A DNA stretch of 62,829 nucleotides, filler included, from Globobulimina sp. (GCA_003354225.1; 30 parts of 30 records of this genome joined end to end with filler, not necessarily neighbours in it), one strand, 5' to 3'. Counted from the whole stretch's first letter, positions 1 through 12,687 are shown. Notes: generated from the letters alone by a model not told the origin. Numbers and translations are program-made.

Positions 1-1
1 C

Positions 2-190
2 GCAGCCAATAAAAACTTTGTTTTACAATGGAATCAAACAGGTTGGCCTATGACTTTAAATCCAAATATTCGTACATTTGGATCAAAAAATAATTATCCC
101 GCAACCGTTGAACATATTATTTCCGGTTTAAAATTAATTGAACGCCGTACTATAGCTGGCTACTTATGGGGGCCTTTTAACAGCTTGCAT
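2..190 (+). pseudogene. Possible fragment of the region preceding the RT of a DIRS/Ngaro-like retrotransposon
   Basis: Frame from nt 2 reads ...VLQWNQTGWPM...KNNYPATVEHIISGLKLIERRTIAGYLWGPFN, resembling the 'G(W/F)P...N..SA...GPF' stretch before DIRS-type RTs; it then runs into low-complexity sequence. Confidence 0.3.
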
Positions 191-522
191 GAACGAAATT
201 CAGTACGTGTATTTATTGTAGTGATAGTATAGGATAGGATAGTAGTAATAGTATAGGATATGACAGAAGTGAAGGATGAGGATAATAGCAGCGATATGGC
301 AATGAAGAGAATGGTGACGATGAAGACAATGAAAACAGTGATGGAAGTGATGAAGATAGCAGTAGCACCGATAGTACGAGTCAGAACAGTGACAGCACGA
401 ATGAAAGCAGTAATACTGAATAAAGTGTCACCATCGAAGAAAGCACCGCAAAATTAGTCTAAAAAGCAATACCCAAACAAGGAAGCAGAAAATGCAGCTA
501 TGACCATAAATATTTTAGTTAT

Positions 523-1983
523 TTAATTATAGCAATCTTTGAGTATAACGTTTTTGTCTATAATCTGAAACGATTGTTTTTTATTTTCATGTTTTGATTG
601 CTTTGAGAGGTATTCATGATTATGCTTAATTGATAAAAACTCTTTAAAAATATGATTTAATTGCTCTTCTGGATTATTTTTCCATTCCACAAAATTCAAG
701 ATAAAAACAGACATATTTTGCTGATTTACATTGTGACCATTTTTTATACTATTTATATATTGATATATCGGAATGGAATATGATTCATATAATCGCTTTA
801 ATGATTTAGATGTGAAATTATTGTTCATTGTTGTTATCATATCAAACCAGGATGGAATTGATTTTATTGCACTTCGATCACAAATAATAAATTTGACTGC
901 AATTCCTTTCTGTTTGAATACTTTTTGCAAAACACAAAAATAATGTGTTATTGAAATTGGCTTGATTAATAAATACTTTTTATTATTACAATTTAATTCA
1001 TTTTCCATTTTCCGTAATAAAATATGATTAAAAATACCAACCAGAAATTCAAAATCATTTTCAGTGTAATTATTACCAAAATTATCTGTATGTTGAATAA
1101 TAGTCTTATTATAAAAAACAAAATTCATAAATACTCCTTTATACAAATATAAAAAAAACATGTCTTCTTCAAATGAACCATTCGCTGATACATCCATTCG
1201 ATGATTTTTTGTACCATAATTTCCAGAAAGTGTTTTGTTAATAATGTTTTTAAAATAACCCAAACATATATAGTCCATTAATGAGAATAAATAAAATAAT
1301 ACATGTGATGGAAATAGAAAATCAATGAAATCAAATGAGATTATTTGTTTATTTTGTCCAACGTTTTGTGATAAATTAGAAGTTCCAGATCTTGGATGAC
1401 CACCAATACATAAAATGTCCATATTATATCTTGTAAAGAGAAAGCGAGATTTATAATTCACAATAAATTTCTCCATTTTGATAAAATTCATGTTTAATTG
1501 GCTCCAACAAGACCAAATAAAAAATGTTATTCGTTGTAAATACGTTCCATTTTGTGATAATATTTTCCAAGTTAAATAACCATGATGAATTTTTTCTTGA
1601 TTTATAATTTCATCAATTGTCTTAGTTTTGCACCAGTAAAGACTGTTTGGAAAAATAAATTCCAAATAATTGTAGTAAACATTTGCCACACTTAATAACA
1701 CACTTATCACAGAATGAGATTCAATAAATCCATAATAAGTTATCCAAAATAATATTTGTGATGCAAACAATATTTTTTGATAATGAAAACGATGAGAAAA
1801 ATAAGATTGCAATAAAAATTTCACGCATTGAATTGAAGTCATTCCAAGAAAAAATAATATTGATAAACATAAAATTTCTTTGTAATGTGTTGTATAAAAT
1901 ACATTTATATTATCCACAACACTGATAATGCCAAGATTATATCTTAATGAAGCAGTAATTCCAATAAATGGTCTTAACCACAA
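523..1983 (-). CDS. Membrane-anchored sulfotransferase-family protein (Sulfotransfer_3-like)
   Basis: 486-aa ORF; hydrophobic N-terminal helices; 5'-PSB loop IGGHPRSGTS; later LLIKP and a DRSAIKSIPSW 3'-PB-like motif. Confidence 0.7.
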   Translation of the reverse strand: MWLRPFIGITASLRYNLGIISVVDNINVFYTTHYKEILCLSILFFLGMTSIQCVKFLLQSYFSHRFHYQKILFASQILFWITYYGFIESHSVISVLLSVANVYYNYLEFIFPNSLYWCKTKTIDEIINQEKIHHGYLTWKILSQNGTYLQRITFFIWSCWSQLNMNFIKMEKFIVNYKSRFLFTRYNMDILCIGGHPRSGTSNLSQNVGQNKQIISFDFIDFLFPSHVLFYLFSLMDYICLGYFKNIINKTLSGNYGTKNHRMDVSANGSFEEDMFFLYLYKGVFMNFVFYNKTIIQHTDNFGNNYTENDFEFLVGIFNHILLRKMENELNCNNKKYLLIKPISITHYFCVLQKVFKQKGIAVKFIICDRSAIKSIPSWFDMITTMNNNFTSKSLKRLYESYSIPIYQYINSIKNGHNVNQQNMSVFILNFVEWKNNPEEQLNHIFKEFLSIKHNHEYLSKQSKHENKKQSFQIIDKNVILKDCYN

Positions 1984-1999
1984 TAAACGTTTATATTTT

Positions 2000-2099
2000 N
2001 NNNNNNNNNNNNNNNNNNNNNNNNNNNNNNNNNNNNNNNNNNNTTAATTAATTAANNNNNNNNNNNNNNNNNNNNNNNNNNNNNNNNNNNNNNNNNNNN
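2000..2099. other. Artificial contig-joining spacer (first of 29)
   Basis: N44-TTAATTAATTAA-N44 recurs every ~2.1 kb; the 12-mer gives stops in all six frames; flanking contigs shrink monotonically from 1999 to 1996 bp. Confidence 0.98.
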
Positions 2100-4098
2100 C
2101 CTTTGTATGGCTGATTGTTTTTGGTGACATTTTCAAAGTTTTCAGTCAAAATAACGGGATGTCCAAGAGGAAACAGTCCAAGTTTGCATACCCATGGATA
2201 CAAGGAGCAAACATCCAAATATGACATCTTTTCACCAAAAAGGCATTTTCTGAACAGCTGTATAGCATTTGTTCTTCCACCAAAGAAAGCATCTCTTGCA
2301 TTAATTGGATCTTTCACAGGATCTGATTGGAAAAAGTCCCTCATTTCTGGATCGTTCTTCATCTGTTGATTAACTTGACATTCCCAAACTTGATTAACTT
2401 GATATCCCTGATCCTTAAGGTAACGAACCTTTTCCAAAGTTTTCTGATACAGTTCTTCTGCTGTGAAACCACCAACCAGTATTCTTTTACTGTCAAAACA
2501 TTTTGGGCATCCATGATAGTAGCAACCTTGCACTTCATACACCTCCTTCAAGTCCACTCCACCCAGTGTTTTAAGTGCAGCGTCAACTTTGTAGGGACCA
2601 ATTTTCATTTCTCCTCCATTATCTGCATGTTGAAGAAACTTTCCATCAGCAGCCAAGTTAGTTTTCCCACTTGTATATTTGATGTACTTGAGGGCAAAAA
2701 TTGACTGCCTTTCTGATTTTCTGTATCCACCTTCAGGAACAATTCCAATTGTGTCAGGTTTGAGATAGTTTCTCCTGAACACTTTGTTACAGGCAGCAGC
2801 AATAGTGATGGATTCCATAAGGGGGTCAACACCAGTTTCGTTCATAAACATTTCTCTAAATTTCATACTGGACTGGAGCAACACCAATACATCAACTTTG
2901 CAATAGTCAGGCAAACTTTTTTTGAAAATGAATTTTCTTCCAGTTTCCTTCATGTCCTTATTCTCCTGATTCCACCATTTGAAGAAATCGTCTCTTTGTT
3001 TCTCTTTCATGCTGCCAGCGCCATAGAAATAGGGGTCAGGGAGATCACCTTCATAGTCCCAATGTTCAGTAGTGTTGAAAAAATGGGGAAAGTGTCCTTT
3101 AACAGAGGGGAGATCAAAGGCTTTTGTCATAGCAGCCAAAGCAAAAGGGAGAAAGTTTAGACTGTCAATTAATCGAATCTCTTCAAACTCCAACATTAGA
3201 ATTTCCAGTCCTCTTGAAATGATTGTAGGCTTTCTTCCCTGTTCATGAATATAATTCAGAATAAATTGACAATCAAAACCACGGCCATTGTGAGCAATTG
3301 CAGTGTAGCCTTTGTTCTGAGGAGTGAATAAATACTTGCAGAATTGTTCCAAACAGTCTTCTTTAAGAAATATTTTGATCTTCTCACCACAATTTGCACA
3401 TGGATGTTCAGGGTTTTTCCAACAGTCATGACATACTTTCCAACTGACACAGCAATTAACTTCATGCTTGTACACTGATCCATAATCATTTTCTTTCACT
3501 TTCATTGTTTGCATGGTTTCAAAATCAAAGAATATGAAAGTAGGGACTTTCTTTTTGTCCTTTGGGGGTTGAAGGGGTTCAATATAGCATTGATGATTTC
3601 CAGAAGGGACCATTTTATTGCAGACAGCGCATTTTCTCATTCCACATTTATGATCTTTGTCCAGCATCTTTCCACAGGTTTTGCAAAGTTTCAGAATGTC
3701 ACAAACTGATTGGATCCGTCTCACCTTCACTGCTCTCTGGGCCTCTCCATGATTTGACTTGTGATTGTCAAAGCACTGTTGATTGTAAAAGAATCGTTTA
3801 CAGTCATCACAAGGGATCCAGGAAATCAATTGACAGGGAGGGGACTTTAGACATCCAGAGCATTTTTTAGGACAGAGATGTTTTCCACGGCTGCAGTAGC
3901 CTTTGTCACATTGTTCACACCAATAGCTCATTTCGTGAAATCCAGTGATCGAACTGATCACAATAAAATGATTGTTGTAATGGTAGAGATGCAACACAAG
4001 GGGTTTCACAGGTCCAGCAAACCATATAGCGTTGTATTTGTCTTTAGACCAGATCTTGATTTGATAGTCAGGCATAACATCTTGCAGTTTCTTAATTT
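2100..4098 (-). mobile_element. Polinton/Maverick-type protein-primed family B DNA polymerase (partial at both ends)
   Basis: ExoI FFDFET, ExoII AHNGRGFD, ExoIII YCKVDV, FFGGRTNA and motif A YLDVCSLYP; Cys-rich zinc-finger N-terminal region; frame open to both contig ends; no introns. Confidence 0.93.
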
Positions 4099-4593
4099 NN
4101 NNNNNNNNNNNNNNNNNNNNNNNNNNNNNNNNNNNNNNNNNNTTAATTAATTAANNNNNNNNNNNNNNNNNNNNNNNNNNNNNNNNNNNNNNNNNNNNAC
4201 CGAAGGCTCTTGTGTTTGGGAGCGTAGGTTAGTAGTTGCCTTGCGGAGTAGCCGCGGCGAGTGTTGTAAATATTTCTTTTTTAATGTGATATAAAAATGT
4301 GGTAAAACTGTTGTGTTAGAAAATAGAATATTCGGGTCTAAACTATTAATGCTTTAAAGTAGTTTTTATTTAAAAATTTTTTCCGGTTAAGGTAACACTT
4401 TAAAATCTATTAGTCAATAGTGAGCTATACCTCAAACATTATTCTAGGACTATTGCTCCAAGATAACCAATCAGTGATGTTAAAATTGTTATTGGCCAAC
4501 ATATTATTATAAACTGTTTTCTATCATAAAAACTTCGTACCAACGGTGAGGTCTAAATTTTGAAATATTACTGTGTTAAATTCACATTGTTAC

Positions 4594-4704
4594 CGTTTTG
4601 ATATGCATAACCTGACTACTACCATGGACATGTCATCGTTTTGATACGCGTAACACCATAACCAAATTGCCAGTCAAGAGATGTCATCGTTTTGATATGC
4701 ATAA
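4594..4704 (+). repeat. Three spaced copies of a 17-bp motif CGTTTTGATA(T/C)GC(A/G)TAA
   Basis: Copies at 4594-4610, 4637-4653 and 4688-4704; the last two also share upstream ATGTCAT. Confidence 0.8.
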
Positions 4705-4885
4705 TCATTTAGTAAACAAGTAGGCCAGTTGTGTACTGTATTTAGAAAATGTACATTTTTCAAATTTTTGTCAAGCCTTCATCGCCAAAATTTTCAAAAT
4801 AACAAACACTTAGGCAGTTTTGTGTTGTGTGTCGACACCGTGCGGTTTGTTGTGTAACCTGTTGTGCTATACCTTCTATCTTCAG

Positions 4886-6197
4886 ATGGACTTTGTGTAC
4901 GACGAGGACTTTGCCTTGGTCTACTCGGACGACGATGAGGACCCTCCGCCGATCACGAGTGTGCCGGAAGAAACCGTAGTGACAGACGAACTTGACACCG
5001 GTGTCAAGCAGAAAGAGGAAGACGACGAACAATCTGATGATAATGATGAAATGGCCTTACGGCCTAACCAACGAGAATACTTCGTCAAAGATCAATACCT
5101 CAACCCCTATAAAACGGTGATGGACTTCAACTTCAACGCGGCAAAGACCGAACAATGGTGGAACAAACCTTTGGGACCGCCTGGAACACCGTATGGTACC
5201 GACAGAGATCCATTCGCCTATTTTTCCGATCCTAGACATTGGCCGACCGAATTGTTGCGACACATTGACCCGACCAGTCGAGAGTTGAACGAGGAATTGG
5301 CGCATCATCTATGGGGAATGAGATCTGGAAGGGAAATGCGAGTATTCTGGTACAATATGGACTCAAAGTTACCCCCCGGAACTGTACCCCCAAGAGTGGA
5401 ACCGAACGATTCACGTCACCGATACGAAAAGGTACTTGAAATGTTTGAGGACTTCAATTGGCCCCGTCGAATGGCGACTCGCGAAGTAGTGACACAAAGT
5501 GCCGAAGTGACGGAACCATCACAAGGATTTCAAACTACTAAAAGAACAGTCTATTGTCACGAAATGGTCCGAAATCTGCCTACCTCGATGGTTAAAGAAG
5601 TGGTGCACGTGCTCAACAACGCTCCTCGACCCAAGTTGGCTGGAAACAATATTGAACACCCTATCTGTCGAGTGATGCAACCTTTTGAAAACCCAGAAGA
5701 TTTGGCCGAACGATTGTTGGTTGAAAACTTCCCCTACCCCGACACACTATTCGGACTCAAATCAACGGATCCCCGACTTTTCCCTCTTCTCCAGTCCGTT
5801 CGGCTCGCTCACATGAAACTGTTGTTGGATAATCGACTTTGCGAAGAACTTCAGTGCGCCTGGATGTCTCTGAAAAATGCTCGAGTGGCGGCACTCCGAA
5901 CTTCTCTTGGCATGTTGGGAAACTTCAGTCAATTCTTAGCCCGAGACTACTTCTACGACGAAGATGTCCGATCGCTCTTACGAGCCAACATAGCAGCAGC
6001 TCAAGCCTATGGAACAGACAAGTTCATTTTTTGTGGAATTGATTTCGAATACGTCATGTTGTACACACCTCTCCATCTGATAATTCGAAACCGTCATTGG
6101 TTGGCGTCACTTCCCCGACAAAAACGACTTTTAACCAAAGAACTAAGACAGAAATGGTTTATCGACATTGGTCAACATATGGAAATTGGCAAACAAC
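4886..6197 (+). CDS. Hypothetical protein with acidic N-terminus (3' partial)
   Basis: Long uninterrupted ORF from ATG at 4886 (directly after a pyrimidine-rich ...TTCAG), visibly more GC-rich than the host contigs; no recognised domain. Confidence 0.65.
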
Positions 6198-6297
6198 NNN
6201 NNNNNNNNNNNNNNNNNNNNNNNNNNNNNNNNNNNNNNNNNTTAATTAATTAANNNNNNNNNNNNNNNNNNNNNNNNNNNNNNNNNNNNNNNNNNNN

Positions 6298-7506
6298 GTA
6301 GACAGTAATAAAAGTAATAATACTGAATCGATTCAAAATGTTATTGCTGAATCATTATTAAATAATTTCATTGGTCCAATGATAACACAGAACGCAGAAA
6401 CGATTTTTTTAGGCACAATCTCCTGCAATGCATCCGATTATCAGTCTTCTTTGCGAACAATACAGGTTTTATCCCGCACTCTGTCTGTTGCCGTGCCCTG
6501 TATTCATACTCCATTATTTAATCAAGAAAAGAAAATAAATAAATTATCAATTTTGCCTTTTCAGCAATTTGCCAAAAAATGGCAATCGATTTTATACAAA
6601 CATATGATGATCGAAAGCTCCATTCAACAACAAATGGACAATTTTAATAACACTCAATTGTTAGATAATCAGCTGCAGGAATTACGGAAAAACATTCCAA
6701 AGAATACAGTTAATAATGAACAAAATAAACAAGAAATATCGTTATTGTTGGATGATATTTTGGATTCAAACGAGAATGATTTGAGTACAAATGAAATGAA
6801 AACAAACTCGAATGATGGAGACGAACAAGATAAGACTGTAGAGACTGTGGTACATTTAGATTTTACAAATTTACGTTTAGAAAATTGTACATTAAAAGAA
6901 GAAATTCGAAAATTAAAAACTGCGTCGAAATATTCATCCATTTATGATGATTATGATCGTGAAATAATAACATTACATAAATTACTGTCATGTCAATCAA
7001 ATGAAAATAAATTGCTGTCGATAAAAAATATTCAATTAAAACATGAATTAAGTAATTATAAATTAAAAAATGTGACAAATGAGAATAACGAATTAAAGAC
7101 AGTTCGAATTTTACAGAGATCATTACGTGAAACAAGAAAACAGTTAAAAGAAAAAGAAGAATCATTAATGAGATTGCAATCCAATATTCGCCACACCGAT
7201 ATTCGAAATCGCGTACTACAAAATTCAAAACAAGAATGGTATGAAATGTCACAATTATTAAATGAGCGAGAGAATGAATTATCAAAATCATATTTATCGC
7301 AAGCACAAACACAAGCAACTGTTGACAAATTAGATTTGAATGTTACTCAGTTACAATATGAAAATAATACATTACAAATACAAACAAAATCATTACAAAA
7401 TGAAGTTCAAACATTAAGGCATCTTTGTAAGAGAATAAATGCCGATGTAAAGCAAGGAAAACAATTACAAAGAGTGTCCAAAAAATGGGCAAACAAAAAA
7501 AGATAG
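6298..7506 (+). CDS. Coiled-coil protein, possibly end of a divergent kinesin motor plus stalk (5' partial)
   Basis: Frame open from contig start; ESLLNNFIGPMITQNAETIFLGTISCNASDYQSSLRTIQVLSR aligns by eye with the kinesin C-terminal SKLT..L...GGN.KT.MIA.ISP....ETL.TL.FA.R segment; long heptad-rich region follows. Confidence 0.45.
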   Translation, partial: VDSNKSNNTESIQNVIAESLLNNFIGPMITQNAETIFLGTISCNASDYQSSLRTIQVLSRTLSVAVPCIHTPLFNQEKKINKLSILPFQQFAKKWQSILYKHMMIESSIQQQMDNFNNTQLLDNQLQELRKNIPKNTVNNEQNKQEISLLLDDILDSNENDLSTNEMKTNSNDGDEQDKTVETVVHLDFTNLRLENCTLKEEIRKLKTASKYSSIYDDYDREIITLHKLLSCQSNENKLLSIKNIQLKHELSNYKLKNVTNENNELKTVRILQRSLRETRKQLKEKEESLMRLQSNIRHTDIRNRVLQNSKQEWYEMSQLLNERENELSKSYLSQAQTQATVDKLDLNVTQLQYENNTLQIQTKSLQNEVQTLRHLCKRINADVKQGKQLQRVSKKWANKKR

Positions 7507-7656
7507 TATTTTTCTTTCGTTTTTTTGTAATGTGTGTGTATGGCATAATGTATAGTATAGAACGGTTTATTTAATGCAAAACACTTTTTTTTTCTCTTGT
7601 ATGTAGTAGTGGGGGAACATTCAGCCAGGATCTAAGTCTGGCTCCATGCTCACCGA

Positions 7657-8223
7657 TTGCTTAAACATCCCGGTGAGGGTTACATCAATGTACATCAATT
7701 CGCATCAAACATGGCGTCAGGCTCTGAAGATTGTTTGGTTGATATGATTACGGACATTGACCACATGGTTTGCGGTGGTTTTCCGACTGTATTAACATCA
7801 AACGATTCGAGCAGCGCCTATAACTCCATGAATCCCGAAATTATTGAAGATAAAATGAGGCATCATTGTGGTTTCAATGATGATGCGATTATTATGTTTA
7901 AATCATTAACAAGCAATGTACGGTCTATATGCAAACTTAATAATCAATTATCGGACGTTTTTATCCCTCATAACTCGCTATTTTCGCAAGGATTTAAACC
8001 TGCGGGTTTTGCGTGGTGCGTCTATGTAAACCCTGGTGTTATGCACTTAGATCGAAAGTATATTTTATACGATAATATTTCTGGGGATATACTCGCAAAA
8101 ATCCAGCCGAAAGTATTGATGGATGATCTTAATTTGATGAACAAAAATGTGTTAACAACCAATCAATTATCAAATATAATAAATCAACAATGTATGATAA
8201 AATATCCATTAATGAATTTATAG
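7657..8223 (+). CDS. Hypothetical protein or terminal exon
   Basis: 188-aa ORF with globular-looking composition downstream of a T-rich ...TGTAG acceptor-like site. Confidence 0.4.
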   Translation: MLKHPGEGYINVHQFASNMASGSEDCLVDMITDIDHMVCGGFPTVLTSNDSSSAYNSMNPEIIEDKMRHHCGFNDDAIIMFKSLTSNVRSICKLNNQLSDVFIPHNSLFSQGFKPAGFAWCVYVNPGVMHLDRKYILYDNISGDILAKIQPKVLMDDLNLMNKNVLTTNQLSNIINQQCMIKYPLMNL

Positions 8224-8396
8224 GAATGCAGCCAAATAAAAAATATATTAAAATAATGGAAAAAATGTATCCTATGATGCAGAATGCAATTGATTTNNNN
8301 NNNNNNNNNNNNNNNNNNNNNNNNNNNNNNNNNNNNNNNNTTAATTAATTAANNNNNNNNNNNNNNNNNNNNNNNNNNNNNNNNNNNNNNNNNNNN

Positions 8397-10395
8397 AAAA
8401 AACTTGACAGCAAAACCATCGAAGACCAAATCGTGGCCGCATCGCCCATATTAGAGTCATACGGCAACGCCAAGACAGTCATGAACAACAACAGTAGCCG
8501 TTTTGGCAAATTTACAAAATTATTATACAGCGTGCCCGACAGCGAACGTACCGGAAACATTTTAGGCTCATACTTAGAAACGTATCTCTTGGAGAAATCT
8601 CGCGTAGTCTTCCAAGCCGCAAACGAGCGCAACTACCATATCTTCTATTTCTTGCACGCAGTCTTCAAAAACAACACCACTAAAAAAGCAGAACTATGCT
8701 TGGAAACTCCCGACAAGTTTCACTATATAAACCAGGGCAAAGTGACCGAGACGTTCCGCGACGTGGAAAACTTCCAGGAACTGTCCGAATCGTTGGAGAA
8801 GTTCCGGATCCATCAGGAGGAGCAGCAAGTGCTATGGCAGGTGACCAGCGGCATACTGCAGTTAGGAAACATTGTATTTAAACGGGAGGACAGTGGCTAT
8901 GCCAGTGTGGATATGGCCAAATGCAGCAAATACGCGTCCAATGTGGCCAAATTGTGGCACATTGACAGCAAAGCTTTGCTGAAAAGACTGACCACGGCGA
9001 GCGTGGTGATTAACCGCAAGACCATCGTGAAACAAATCAATTTCGACGACGCCAACAGTAATCGGGACAGCATCGCGAAGGGAATCTACGAAAATGTGTT
9101 CCTATGGCTCTGCGAGCGCATCAATGAGGAGCTGTTTTTGGACGAAGCTAAAGGCGAAGAGAAGAAGGCGGATTTGAAGTTTATTGGCATTTTGGATGTG
9201 TTTGGATTCGAGAACTTTTGGGATAACTCGATGGAGCAGTTTTGCATCAATTACACCAACGAGAAGTTGCAGCAATACTTCAATTACCACATAATTATGA
9301 GCGAACAGGAGGAGTATTTGAAAGAGTCGGTGATGTGGACTCCGTTGACCATCCCGGACAACCGCGAGTATTTGGACTTAGTGGAGGATAAAGCCACGGG
9401 TTTCTTCACTTTGTTGGATTCGCAGTGCCGAGGACCGGCCAAGAACGACTGCGAAGCATTGATGCAGCAGTTGTTCAAAAAGAATGAGGGGAATAAGACT
9501 ATAAAGCGTACCACCAAACAGGGCGCGGGCAATTGGCGCGGCACCCGGCACAGTTCGGGCAGACGCGGGAAAAACAAGAAGCGGGCCAAATTCGATGGGT
9601 TTATCATCTCGCACTTTGCTGACGATGTATGTTATAATTCGGCAGAGTTTCTGAAGAAGAATGCGGAATCTGTGCATGCGGACACTTTCAAAATGATTAA
9701 GAAGTCGTCTTTGATGATACTGCAACAGATAAAACAGACCAAATCGAAGCGCAAAAAGACGGTCACGTCGGTGTTTTATAAAGGCATCAAGACTTTGATG
9801 AGGTCGTTGGAGAAAACGGAGCCGTATTTCGTACGGTGTATCAATCCGAACAAGAAGAAGAGTGCCAAGATCTGGACAGAGGGCATAGTGGAACACCAGT
9901 TGCGTTGCGGCGGCTTGTTGGAAGCATTGAAAGTGTTGAAATTGGGCTATCCCACACGTGTTCCGTACCGGACATTGTATGAAAAGTACCATTCCGCAGT
10001 GGACAACCCATTGATTGAAAACATGCACGAAGCTGCCTTTAGCACTTCATTGTTGATAGTTTAGTGCTCTTTTTCTGCACAAAACAAATTCTAAAGTATC
10101 TGACATAAATTACAGGCGTTTGATGTGAATGAAAACGATTACGAATTGGGACTGACAAAGATATTTTTCAAGCCGGCCAAGGCTGCGATTTTGGACACAA
10201 TTATGAGCAAAGCTGGCGAGCCATTGACCCATGAACAGAATGAGAAGATCACGCGGTACATTGTGGGCAAACGCATCCGGCAGTTATTGGGCACTGTGAA
10301 GTCCTTCGCAAAGTTCCGAAGACATGTTCGCAACGCCCGGGCGCAAACGGCGTGGCTGTATGCTGGCAGAGTGGCTTCGGTGTTGGGCGCCACGC
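8397..10395 (+). CDS. Myosin motor domain (partial; intron 10059-10115)
   Basis: ESYGNAKTVMNNNSSRFGK (switch 1), YLLEKSRV, ERNYHIFY, GILDVFGFE (switch 2), INYTNEKLQ, YFVRCINPN; a 57-nt GT-AG intron joins STSLLI to AFDVNENDYELGLTKIFFK. Confidence 0.97.
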
Positions 10396-10495
10396 NNNNN
10401 NNNNNNNNNNNNNNNNNNNNNNNNNNNNNNNNNNNNNNNTTAATTAATTAANNNNNNNNNNNNNNNNNNNNNNNNNNNNNNNNNNNNNNNNNNNN

Positions 10496-12494
10496 TGTAA
10501 TTAAATCAAATAGCATTTGCAACATTTCTGGAAACTTACAATATGCAGCAAAATGTAAACAGCATTCTTCATTTATTGATGATATTTTTCTTGTTACAAA
10601 TTGTAAAATTTTATTGGAATTTTTAGCGTCAACTTTACTGATAATTAACTGTGCAAATTGTAAATCATTTTGATATGCAGCTACACGAAATAATGGCATT
10701 AATAATTCAACATTATCGATATATGTATCATTCATATTTTGTAATGCATTTTTAAACCAATTTTTATAATTAAAAAAAAATCGTTTCGATACTAATGATA
10801 TAATATCAAAGGAAGGATTGATTAATTTTAATTTTGTTTCGATATTTCCAATGTTATCCAACATTATCTTTGCATTTGCAATTCCCAACCGACCAGAATT
10901 CAAAAAGCTAGCCATAAATGGAGTTTTTCCGAAATGGTCCAAATGTAAAAGCGCTGCTTCTTTTGATTTTTGTGTAGGAAATAATGATAATAAAATATGA
11001 AAGAATTGGGTATCTCCTTGATTTGCAATCATATGACACCAGCTCTCCCCGATAATATTGGTCGCATTAAATATTTTTAAAAAATCAGTTTTGTTCAATT
11101 TTTTAATAAATGGTAAAATCCAATTCCATAAATATTTTTTTCCACTTCCAAATCCAATACTCATACTCATACTGCAATTTTGAAGAATAACCATTAGCAA
11201 TGTATCATGTGTTTGTGAGGTGGTGGCCCATAATAATTTGGGCAGTAACTCTTGTTCATGGTCTTCAAAATAACAAAATAATGAGCCATCAGATATATTA
11301 TCAATAAATAATTGTATTAATTCATTTTCATTTAATTCTTTTAAAAGCATTACATTCATTGGAGCACTTCGCGCCAAATATAAAACACTTTTATTCGTAT
11401 CATTTTTAATCGATAGGATGGATTTTATCGAATCAAATTTGCTTAACATCATCGATCCCATTTTATTACTATTAATCACTGCGTGTAATGCTGTGTCACC
11501 ACTTTTGGTCGACTCGCAAATTGCTTCCATGAATAAATCTCGATTACTTTCATCAATGAATGATAGAATATGTTGTAATATGCTAACTGAGCCTGTCTTA
11601 CTCGCCAAATAAACTGAATTTTTACCGACATGGTCTTTCATTGAAAGTAATTTAATTTTATCAGAATGATTTGGATATTTATTTAAAATCAATTGCCTTA
11701 ATCTTAACGAATTGTGTAAACATCGTATTGTTAAATGGAAAATCTTTGCAAATAAAGGCATGTTATTATCATTCGCAATGCAATTAATATTTGTTACAAT
11801 GGTCTCAAATAATTTGCCACCAAAATTGGAACAAGATAATATTCGATTATCTAAAGGTATTTTATTGTTTAAATTTGAATGTGAAACCAAGGATAATTTA
11901 TCTTTATGCTTTCTAATATTTGATAAATACCACGTAACGAATTCTAATATTTCAGCTGATTTGCTGCTGCTTACACTTGCTAAATATAAATGCAATGGAT
12001 TGTTGCCAATGTTATCGGTATTTAATAAAAGTTGATTCTTAAAATTTTGGAAATATTCACACATTGATACTATTGATTTAGCACAGTTAATATTTGCAGA
12101 ACAACACGCAGCGTGCATTAAATTTCTACCCTCATAATTTGTATAATTAATCAAATTCCCAATGGCTTTGTCATCTGTTTTATCAATTTCATTTAATATA
12201 ATTTTCACAAATTTAATATTTCCATTTAATAATAAATAATACAATGCATTGCATCCATTCTTATCTGCATAATCAAACAATTTTTGTTGTTGAATTTTTG
12301 ACATCAATTTTTTAACAAATTCATCATTTATTTTTGCTTTTTTGATTGAAGATAAAAATAATATTTTAAATATTTCTTCATCGATGTTATAATCGATAAT
12401 TAACGAACAACATTCAATTTTATTCTTATTAATTTCTAATTCAATGCATTTGAGATTTGATGAATTGTTTGTTAAAATAATTTGTGATAATAAT
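10496..12494 (-). CDS. Ankyrin-repeat protein (partial)
   Basis: Repeated D..G.(N/T)(A/P)LH motifs: DKNGCNALYY, EGRNLMHAAC, DNIGNNPLH, SGDTALHA, DHFGKTPF, ECCLHFAA. Confidence 0.85.
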
Positions 12495-12687
12495 NNNNNN
12501 NNNNNNNNNNNNNNNNNNNNNNNNNNNNNNNNNNNNNNTTAATTAATTAANNNNNNNNNNNNNNNNNNNNNNNNNNNNNNNNNNNNNNNNNNNNATACTG
12601 GAGGCCCTAGAAACCGATTCCTGAATTTCTCCAACTCGAACGATTTAGTTATTATTATTATTTAAATAAATACTTCTTTATATTGAA

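Noticed and set aside
2044-2055. Regularly spaced TTAATTAATTAA as a CRISPR-like or biological repeat
   Set aside because: Always embedded in N44 runs; it is an artificial six-frame-stop linker.
4594-4704. 17-bp repeats as a mini-CRISPR array
   Set aside because: Too short, uneven spacing, flanks partly similar, no cas genes.
2100-6197. pPolB and the neighbouring orphan ORF as one Polinton
   Set aside because: Adjacent only through size sorting; no sequence overlap seen.
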